Shown piece by piece: positions 54,248 to 64,000 of a DNA stretch of 64,000 nucleotides. The notes under the pieces are model-generated. The model was not told the origin of the DNA. It made no database searches and worked only from the letters and a program-made list of their open reading frames with translations. The stretch is taken from positions 310,001-374,000 of the forward strand of contig OY740795.1 in the NCBI GenBank assembly GCA_963514005.1. Direction: 5' to 3'. A program made the translations under genes and the position numbers. Source of the stretch: Raja brachyura (lineage: Eukaryota). How positions within the stretch are numbered: position 1 is the stretch's first letter; each line of letters starts with the position of its first letter.

Positions 54248-54724
54248 ATGTGTGAACTCCGCCTCCCGATCTTCGTTATCGTGTCGCTTATCAGTAAGGA
54301 TTTCCATCCAGTAAAAATCCTGTCTTCCCTCGAATGTTGTCACTTGAGTTCTGCGAATGTAAAGATAACGCCGATGCCGCTTCAATCGTTATGATTCTGA
54401 CCATTTCTATTTTCTCGTAGACTGGAGCCATCAAGATACGGTGGCACAGACCGAAGCAGAAACCACGTTTGCAGAGGGAACGGATGTAACCCTCAAGTGC
54501 CTATTGAAAACCAGCGATACACTCCCATTTGTTTACTGGTACAAACAGTGAATTGGACATTCTCCGCAGTACCTGATTCAGGTTATAGGAAATAACGTAT
54601 ACAGGGCGAAGGGCATCACAGATCGATACTCTGCTACATTCAATAAAACTGCAAAGATGGGCGAGTTCGTTATACGTGACGGCGTGTTCTCCGATTCCGC
54701 CCTGTACACCTGTGCCATGCGATA
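54248..54724 (+). pseudogene. TCR V pseudogene (V8), paralog of V9
   Basis: Leader 54248-54293 (MCELRLPIFVIVSLI). V exon from 54421: WSHQDTVAQTEAE..VTLKC..WYKQ*IG..SDSALYTCAMR, with TGA at 54549-54551. Confidence 0.9.
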
Positions 54725-54763
54725 CACACTGGTGCAAAAGTGCAGCGGGTTCGAACAAAATCC
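54725..54763 (+). other. 23-RSS of V8
   Basis: CACACTG - 23 - ACAAAATCC. Confidence 0.9.
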
Positions 54764-55721
54764 CACCTTTGGTGTTCGTCATAATTGATCGCCAGAGGGC
54801 ACTCTTAGTCATAAAACAGAAAGGCTGACCCAATAAAGGACACTTTTAGATTTTAGATGTTATACCTTAGAGATACTACGTGGAAATGGGCCCATAAGAC
54901 CACCGATTACCCGCGGACCAACGATCATCCCACACAGTAGCACTATTCTACAAAACAGGTACAATTACAACTACTGGGACTCAACAAAGGCGCTCCTTAT
55001 AAGACACATTTACACTTGGACTATATTTGAGATGGTTATCCGATATGTATCTAACTGTTTATGTATATTGATACGTGTATTGAACTGCATATGAAAATGA
55101 ATTTCACTGTTCCTCGGTACATGTAACAAATAAATACCACACCATACCAATTTACAAAGTTTAGCGAAGTCAATTAATCTACAACCCTTTACGTTGTTTC
55201 TGTGTGGGAGGTAAGCAGAGCACCCGCTGAAAATCCACGCAATCACAGGGATATAGTACAAACCGTGTACAGTACCCGTGGTCAGGATCGAACGCGGGTC
55301 TCAGGAGCTCCAAGGCGGCATCTCTACCGCTGCGCTATTGTGCTGCCCCCTTATTCCACTGGTGGTAAAGTGCAACAAACAATCGGGAACGTCGGGTTGT
55401 TTCTGGATATGAATACGTTCGAACAGTTTAGTCTGGAGATAAACACAAAGATATTCATTTTTTTCAAAAATCTAACCGTCTCATAATTCCATTCGCATCG
55501 ACCTGGTATCGCTTGGCCATAGTTACTAAACTTATTTACTGTCAAGCACGGACTCCAGTATTTTAAAAACCCGTTTGCCTGAAGGACTGAAAGGAAGTAC
55601 GGCAGCGAATAAGCAATAATTAGAAGGATAATGTACAGTGTGCTCCACGAATACATTTTGAAGATGCGATCAATTGTGACCACACAAGAACAACGATTGA
55701 AAGTCGTTGGACGCGTGCTTG

Positions 55722-56130
55722 GGCAATACGGTGGCGCAGCGGTTGAGTTGCTGCTATACACCCGGGTTCGATCCTGGCTTTGCATACTGTTGCACGAAGT
55801 TTGTACGTTCTCCGTGACCTGCGTGAGTTTTCTCTGGGAGGTGTAGTTTCCTCCCACACTCTAAAGATGTACACATTTTTAGGTTAATTGGCTTGGCATA
55901 ATTGTAAAATTGTCCCTAGATCGCTGGATCGCTGCTGGACGCGGACTCTGTGGATCGAAGGGCCTGTATCTTTAAACTAAATTATCGCTAAACGCTGTAT
56001 CTCTAAACTCAACTAAACTCAACTAAACTCAACTAAACTAAACTAAACTAAACTAAACTAAACTCAACTAAACCAAACAAAACTAAACCAAACAAAACTA
56101 AACCAAACTAAACCAAACTAAACTAAACAA
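55722..56130 (+). mobile_element. tRNA-derived SINE with (CTAAA)n tail
   Basis: A box TGGCGCAGCGG, B box GGTTCGATCC, and a pentanucleotide tail at 55975-56130. Confidence 0.8.
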
Positions 56131-56348
56131 AACATAGTTCTGCCTCGATAATAGGAACTGTCGCTGTCTGCTGGCGCATTCCAGAGTATCAGTATGAGAT
56201 CATGATCACGGACAAATCACTGTTTCTCGATTTCTGCATAGAAACGAATTTCAAATTTCTTCTCAGAAATCCCCATTGAGACTATATACATCAGGTAATG
56301 TCCTTCAGTTGTGCGCGGGTGAAACGCAAAGCTAGGATTATAAGGAAT

Positions 56349-56366
56349 GCTCGCCCTCTGCTGGCC
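56349..56366 (-). promoter_or_regulatory. CTCF-like motif upstream of V9
   Basis: Minus strand reads GGCCAGCAGAGGGCGAGC. Confidence 0.6.
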
Positions 56367-56570
56367 CGTTATAGAAATTTCGCTTCGCTCACTTCCTCCC
56401 TGCAACCGCAAGTTCCGCGCCACGCAGTATGCGATCAATGTAATCTCATGAGCGCCCCACCCATCTCTCGCCTTTGGTTCTCTCGGTCTGTGAACATATT
56501 GTGCCTTTGTCTTTGAGAGACAGCCGCAGTCGGTCGCTAGTTGGTTTTACGGTTGAACAGAGTGCTTCAA

Positions 56571-57085
56571 ATGATGAACAGTTACAGATTTGCACCTATT
56601 ATTGACGGACACTTCCTTCCGCTGTTCATTATCTTGACACTTCTCAGTAAGATATTTCTTGCACGTAAAACACCCTATCTTACAATGAAAGTTGTAACCT
56701 AATTGTTGATAGTGGAAGGTTAATGCCTATGCTGCTTGACGCAATGACGTTAATTGTGCCATGTTCAATATTTTCTCTTAGATTCGAGCCATCAAAATAC
56801 AGTGGAACAATCCGAAGCAGAAATGACGTTTGAAGAGGGACTGAATGTCACACTAACCTGTGGTCTGAAAACCAGTGATACAACGCCTTATGTGTTCTGG
56901 TACAAACAGCGCCCAGCTCAAGCTCCACATTACCTGCTTCAGGTTCTGGGAAATAAGATATTAAGGAACACGGACGTGACCGATCGCCTCTCTGCTAACT
57001 TTCATAAAGCTACGAAGATAACCGAGTTCATGATACGCGACACCGTGATGTCTGATTCCGCCATGTACATCTGCGCGATGAGACC
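56571..57085 (+). CDS. Intact TCR alpha/delta-type V segment (V9)
   Basis: Leader 56571-56646 (MMNSYRFAPIIDGHFLPLFIILTLL, GTAAGA donor). V exon from 56782: SSHQNTVEQSEAE..VTLTC..WYKQ..SDSAMYICAMR. Confidence 0.92.
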
Positions 57086-57124
57086 CACACTGTTGCAGAA
57101 ATGAAGCAGGCTCGAACAAATACC
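57086..57124 (+). other. 23-RSS of V9
   Basis: CACACTG - 23 - ACAAATACC. Confidence 0.92.
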
Positions 57125-58537
57125 TACCCGCTGTGATCCCCATGAGCGTTCGGCAGCGAGCGCTCTTAGACAAAGCGGATACATTTTGGAGAAATAGGAA
57201 GGAAAGGGTGCTTGTTCGCTTGGAATAAAGTGTGACAAAAAATAGGGAGAATGGGATTGCTTTCAACATGTGAATTTGTGCGAACGCTGTTGTGCCCAAT
57301 GTTCAACATCTTCATATTTCGTTATGGAATTATACTAACTGACACAAAATATTTTTGCATTGACATGCTGATTTATCTAAAGATCTTTACAGTCTCCCAC
57401 GGACTCTTGTATATTTCGAAACCCGTCTGTATGAAGAGTGGAAGTAAGTACGACAGTAAGCAGTGAAATCGTGAGATGAATAATGTATTTTGACCAACAT
57501 ATTGTGCCAGGAATAACGTTGAAGGATAAGACCAATCGAGAACTGAGGACGGCAGCAAACGCAATCCACTAGAATTCTATCTCAATTACACGGCAGACGG
57601 CTTCTGCTGACGCCCTCAAGACAATCCATAAGAGAACATGATCAACGGGAATGCTGGCACCGTGGGGGATGGAATGTATCCTCAGTAAGGATGGGGAAAG
57701 TGCTATTTAATATGTGTTTTTTTTGTATTATGGTGGTGGGTATATTTGTATTTTCGTGTGGATTTTTCCAAATAGAATTTAAAATTATTTTTGTCAAAAA
57801 TTAAAGAGACCACGATCGCAGGCAAAGTACGGTTTTGTCGATTTTTATGTCGAAACTGGAGAGTTTGATGCATTTTATGAGAAATTGAGGTGGAAGCATT
57901 GGCCAATGATTCCATCTCAATCGCATTCCACTTCCATTGCATTGGCCAATGACAGCATTTGCGCAATGACTTCAGCGCTCACGCAATGNNNNNNNNNNNN
58001 NNNNNNNNNNNNNNNNNNNNNNNNNNNNNNNNNNNNNNNNNNNNNNNNNNNNNNNNNNNNNNNNNNNNNNNNNNNNNNNNNNNNNNNNNNNNNNNNNNNN
58101 NNNNNNNNNNNNNNNNNNNNNNNNNNNNNNNNNNNNNNNNNNNNNNNNNNNNNNNNNNNNNNNNNNNNNNNNNNNNNNNNNNNNNNNNNNNNNNNNNNNN
58201 NNNNNNNNNNNNNNNNNNNNNNNNNNNNNNNNNNNGAAACTCTGCTTCAAACCCAAATAAGGGTGTTGATTAAATGCTCCTCTGACCAACCACGCTCATA
58301 TTTGTCGAAACTATCAACAGAGAAAGTCGAGTTGACGGAATTTTATTTCGCAACTTCCTTCCCCGAAGATATAAACTCTTATCTGTTTCCCCAAAGTTTC
58401 AACAGTTACTTCCAACGACGTGATAATAATATTACAAACTATGACGCGCAATTGACCCGATCATCTTTAATTCTAATGTGGACTGAAAATATCCTTTCCT
58501 TTATGAACCCTTCGCAAAATTGTATTTGTCTTGACTA

Positions 58538-59445
58538 TTATTTGAACCGTTGTCTAATTATGTTGAAAGGGTATTGAATAGTTACTCCCACCTGCTGTCT
58601 GAATTTAGTCTGAGTCCCCGCATAGATAAATGTGTTGGTGCAGGAACTGAGAAACTGCAACATATATCCGCCTTCTTGAAAGATGAACTTCGGGTCATTG
58701 GAATTAGAGGCGCTGACATAGTTATTCATTGTAATTTGGACAAATAGAAAATTTGCAACGTCCGTCGCCCAGAGCAGAATAAAACAGCCCGAGATGGCGA
58801 AGAGCAAAATTATGGACTTTCTCCTGCTCTGCATCTCTGGGTCACTCTGTTTCTCTCCGTTGTTTTGGCTCCGAAGTCTACCGCGGGCTCTGCTGGCGGC
58901 CAGGATGTATCTGACTGTTAGAACATTGAGTATCAAAATCAGGAGGAAAGGAACGCATGGGTTTAACATCCGGTGCGACCATTCATACACTCTCCAAGCG
59001 ACGGAGGTATAAAATATGTCTTTTATGCTGCAGAACCAGGGCACTGTGTCGATAATGTACATCGGTTCAAATTCAAAATAAAATGGGACGTTTCTCAAAC
59101 AGGCGAGGAAGCACACGGTTCCTATAACAACGGACGCGGTTTTCTCGGTGCAATACCCCAGTTTCAGTTGTTGGCAGCAAATCGCTACAAACCGATCGAA
59201 GGTGAAAGCGACCGTTAACCAAACGGAAGCATCTTTAGAAGTGGAGCTGAGTGCAATGATCAGACTGCAACCCGGCGTAGTGGACAAGATACTAACTGGG
59301 AAATAAATTGCCCGAAGACGGCTGAATATCACAGCAGTGATGATGACCAGGAAATCCGTCACCGCCATGAATACCAGGTACCGAGTGATACATTTCGAGA
59401 GGCCGCACTTTCCCTGGGACAGAATCGTAATCGTCAGGACGTTAG
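58538..59445 (-). CDS. GPR139/GPR142-like GPCR, main exon (exon 1 not located)
   Basis: Acceptor TGCAG|CT AAC, then an open frame ANVLTITILSQGKCGLSKCITRYL..TFDRF..NTFIYAGTQTKFR. Close paralog of 48688-49592. Confidence 0.87.
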
Positions 59446-60867
59446 CTGCAAGGAAAAGAGTGGGATTATGTATATAATATTTATCGGCGCCCGCTCCATA
59501 ACTGGCTTTTGGGAGCTGACGTGCAATCCCATATCGTTGCAACGAATACAGAGCGTGAAGCGGTTATTGGTTTGCTGGTTATCTGTTTCTGATATCAAAT
59601 GGTCACGCGAAACCAAGCTCTACTGCCGAACGCGTGCACTACGATGGCCATGTTTTCTAATTGTGTTTTGGACTGCATGGTTTTGCGCAGTCTTTAGAAT
59701 TTCACTGCCTAGTATTATTTACGTGTTATGTATATTTGTGCGAGCAGCCTGTTGTGCTATGGCAAACGCGATTTTGACGATTTTACCAATCTCGTCAAAC
59801 TAATGCAAACAGCAAACAAATCGACTTCACTTGTCTATCTTCATACACGACAAGGTTAATTTATAACTGAATGTACTTAAAGATTAACATTGACAGGACA
59901 TTTTAAACAAGGCAGGGAAGACATATTGGAACAGGATATGTGGAGTTTCATGAACGAAACTGAAATCGCCAATAAATTATATTTGAAACATTACTAAGAC
60001 AGAAGGGGGACTTCGAAACAACTGCAAAAAAAGGTTATGCCATAAAACAAATTATTGTAATAATCTAAAGACTGAATTTAATAAGTAACATCCGTACCAA
60101 AGCTGCCCCATGTAAAATTCGCAGTTTAAAGAGCAACGATAAGGAACAAATTATGGAAACTTGTGGTGCAGAACCGAAGAGTAAGGCGGCCAGCGCGGAA
60201 CATATGATATAATCATGGACACGGTTACGTATTTATCAACTCTTGCGAAGCTCTACATGGCACACCGAAGACTGCAAAGATTGTATAATATGTGGCGAAG
60301 ATTGGTCCGTTTCCCGGCGCGTGCATTTTTCCTGATTTCGATTGCGGAGCTGCATCCGCTAATATAAACACGGTCACACGGATATTTATGTCTTATATCA
60401 TCCTCTGAGGACCAATTAGATTGTATCATCGTCATTACTTATTTTAATATTCCGGTTGAAGGCGAAACAATCATATTTCCGAACTTCTTATCGAGTCCAC
60501 ATCACAAGATTTGAAATTGTACAGCCAGGGCTGAACACACTTCTCGGCATCTGCATACAATGGTGTCTGTCCTGAGCTTCTTGTGCTTCTTGTGCGTGGT
60601 GGTGGAAAAATTGGTGAAAACAGGTACGCGACGGAAAGCCCTTTCCTTGACTCAATGTTTACGATTAATTCATGCAATTGTATACACCTAATTCTACGAG
60701 AATTCAAGGCCCGCGTTGAATGGATGTCGCCGCTTGGATGCAATATAAATAAAATGTAAGGTATACAAGGTATAAAACGTCATACTGGCGAGCAACACGG
60801 AAACGGGACCGCCGGCCCAACGCATCAATTCCGATCAAATCACAGGGATAATGTCATCGAGTGATAC

Positions 60868-62900
60868 AGCGTGGAAACAAGCCCTTCTTTACAGCTGGCC
60901 TACACGGGCCAACATTGCCCCAGCTAAACCGGTCCCATTTGCCACCGCTTGGTCCACATCCCTTCAAACCTGTCCTATCCATGTAGCTGTCCAACTATTT
61001 CTTAAACGCTGGGGTAGTCCCAACCGCATCTATCTCCTCTGGCAGCTTGTTCCCTACACCCACCTCCCTCTGTGTGAAAAAGCTACCGCTCGGATTCCTA
61101 TTAAATATTTTCCCTTGCACGTTGGTCCTATGTCCTTTGGTCCTCGATTCCCCAGGTCTGGACAAGATACTCTGTACATCTACCCGATCTATTCTTGTCA
61201 TTATTTTATGCACTTAATAATAAGATCATTCTCGTCCTCCTGCTCTCCATGGAATAGAGACCTAGCCTACTCAATGTCTCTCTGTTGCTCGCACCCTTGG
61301 CAACATCCTCATCAATATTTACTGAACCGTTTCTAGCTTGGCTATAAGATGATGCCCACAACTGAACACGATTATCTAAATGCGGTTTCACCAACGTCTT
61401 ATACAACTGCAACATGACCTCCCAACTTCCATACTGAATACTCTGACTGATGTAGGCTAGAGTGCCACAATTATTTTTGACAACCTTATCTACCTGCCAC
61501 TTGACTTTCAAGGAACCATGTACCTGTCCCCCTTGATCCAACTGCTCTACCACACTACCCAGAGAACTACCATTTACTGTGTAGGTATTGCCCCTGTTGG
61601 ACGTCCCAAAACGCAACACTTCACACTTCTCTGTATTAAATTCCATCAGCCTTTCCTCCGTCCACCTGGCCAATCGATCCAGATGCTGTTGCAATATTTC
61701 CCAACCATCTTCACTATCTGCAAAACCACCCTCTTTTGTATCATTCGCAAACTTGCAAATATTGCCCTGTATGTTCTCATCCAAATCATTGATGTAGATG
61801 ACAAACAATAAAGGACCCGGCGCTGAACCCTGAGGCACGCCATTAATCACAGTCTTCCAGTCAGAAAAGCAATCTTCCACCATCACCCCCTGTTTCTTTC
61901 CATGGAGCCAATTTATTGTCCATTCAGCTAGCTCTACCTAGATCTAGCCTTTCAGAGCAGCCTACCATGCGGACCCTTGTCCAATGCTTTACTGAAATTC
62001 ATATACACAACGAGCACTACCCTCGTCTATCAATCAGATGTGTGAGACACGACCTCCCACGTACAAACCATGTTAACTATCCCTACTCAGCCCTTACCCA
62101 TCCAAATGCCTATATAACATATCCATCAGAATACTCTCTCGCAACGAAACAACTACAGATGTTCACCTCGCCGGCCTATGGTTCGTAGCATTTTCCCTGC
62201 AGCCCTTCTTGAAAAGAGCCGTAACATTTGCCACCCTCCAGTCTTCCGGCATCTCTCCTGTATTGAAGGATGACTCGTCAATTTCAATCAGGGCTCCCGC
62301 AATTTCCTCTTTAGTTTCCTGCAATTCCCACGAATATATCTGTTCAGGCCCTGGAGATTTGGCTACCTTCATACACGAAAGTACCTTCAGTACTGCTTCG
62401 ACGGTAACTCTGAATGCTCTCAAGACACTTCCATTGACTGCCCCCAAGTTCCTCCGCCTATTGTATCTCTCTTCGGTAAATACATTGGGGAAATACTCAT
62501 TAAGTACTTTGTCCATCTCCGGTGGCTCCAAACAGAGATCGCCGCTTTGATTTCTGAAAGGTCCAACTATCTCTCTCAAGTTACCCTTTCCTCCCGTATG
62601 TGTTTATACAATATTTTGGCATTGTCCTTAATGCTTTCCATCAGAGCTATCTCCTGGTCCATTTCTGCCCTTCTGATCTCCTTTTTTCAGTTTACTCCTT
62701 AGTTCCCGAAAGTCCTCCAAGGGCCCACATGATCCATGCTGCCTATACCTGTGCCATGCATCCTTCTTGTTCTTGACCACCGCCTACATTTCCCGCGTCA
62801 GCCAAGCTTCCTTACGTTTGCCTGATTTGCCCTTCACTCTAAAGGGGAGGTATATATCATGAGCTTTCGCCCGCACACTTTTAAAAACATCCCACTTTAA
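60868..62900 (-). mobile_element. Degraded CR1-type LINE
   Basis: NGVPQGS.PGPLLF..CKFANDTK, PEDWRVANVT.LFKKG and GSFFTQR. Confidence 0.88.
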
Positions 62901-63360
62901 CCCTCACAATTAAAATGTGGATTATGGAAATGTCGGAGACCCTACACCTGGAAATAATCAGATTTGCCTTAATGGACAAACAATAACTTTTTGTTAGAAT
63001 GTGGTCTTCTTTCATAGACTACTTAAAAGGGTAGATTGGTTCGGCAGGGGAACCTAACTGAAACTTGGTCTCAGGATCAGATGAAAAGTAATACTCTATA
63101 TTCCTTGATCTTATCACCAATGTATTAACGGTAAATTATTCCATTCCTTATGATTTAAAAAATATATTTTTTTTTTCTTTCTCTCTCTTTCTTTTTTTAT
63201 TACTGTTAATCTTTAAAAAAACTATTAGAGGCAGAATGATTAAATTCATAATATTAATAATGTATGATTGATGTACACGAAATATTTCTACCATAGTATG
63301 TGTTTGCCAATTTATTGTTTACCTCTAATAAAAATATATTAAAAAATAAAAAAAATAAAA
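62901..63360 (+). mobile_element. L1-like 3' end with poly(A)-like tail
   Basis: The PTIKMWIMEMSETLHLE-like end resembles the ORF2 end near 42050-42110 (-). It finishes with AATAAA and an A-rich tail at ~63326-63360. Confidence 0.6.
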
Positions 63361-64000
63361 ACATCCCACTTGGCCGATGTTCCTTTCTCTCAAATAACAT
63401 GGCCCAGTGAACTCCAGGTATTCTTTGTTCAAGTTTTGCAAAGGTTGTAGTTGCTCTTGTTCGCCCAGCAACCCGTGTGAGCTGGTTCCATGAAGCAATG
63501 GCCCGCCGTTTGCAAAGGTTGCGCTCCCATACATTTTACAAACTTTCCCTTTCCACCATTATCTCTCACCACTTGTCTTCGGCACTGTACTCTTGTGCAA
63601 GTTATATGATAATCCACCTTAACTGAGTTTGGAAATGGCCATCTATTCAAGAAGGGTTAGCAATCGGGTAGCAAAGGTGACAGCCCAAGGAGGTTGTTCG
63701 TAAATATATTTAATTTGTTCGTCATAGCTCTTGTTGAATAAAAACATACAAACTTCATTATGAATGAATAAGTTTATTGGACAAGTATTCATACAAGGAA
63801 TTTGCTTTGGTGCTCCATCCGCAAGTGACAACGACAAATAGTGACGTAGGAACATTGGAAATAGGTGCAGGAGTAGGCCCTTCGGCCCTTCGAGCCTGCA
63901 CCGCCATTCAATATGATCATGGCTGATCATCCAACTCAGTATCCGGTATCTGCCTTCTCTCCAAACCCCTGATCCCATTAGCGATAAGGGCCACATCTAA

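Noticed and set aside
59446-59542. N-terminus of the 334-aa ORF (MQRYGIARQ...)
   Set aside because: It lies upstream of a splice acceptor shared by all three GPCR copies, so it is intron read-through.
6176-62550. Numerous 60-170 aa ORFs antisense to LINEs or spanning N runs
   Set aside because: They are shadow frames of RT coding sequence or gap artefacts.

Overview
Eukaryotic DNA from a cartilaginous fish, probably a skate or ray (inferred from the repeat families and the NAR-type V domain). The window lies in the V-gene array of a T-cell receptor alpha/delta-type locus. It holds nine V segments, each followed by a 23-class RSS, on both strands. Three are intact, one has an open V exon but a broken leader, and five are pseudogenes. 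One of the nine is a VNAR-like (NAR-TCR) V, followed about 380 bp later by its own J with a 12-RSS. I found no D and no adjacent supporting V-delta. Interspersed among the Vs are two GPR139/142-like GPCR genes and one GPCR pseudogene, a tRNA-Thr(CGT) gene with a decayed copy, a tRNA-Leu(TAA)-derived gene whose anticodon reads TTA (ochre), and several CTCF-like motifs. Much of the rest is retroelement: CR1-type LINEs, Penelope-like elements with hammerhead-like cores, L1 fragments and tRNA-derived SINEs, plus local duplications and four assembly gaps. No constant-region exon was seen. Most short ORFs in the track are noise or LINE antisense frames. All calls come from reading the sequence by eye; no database searches were run, and repeat boundaries are approximate.
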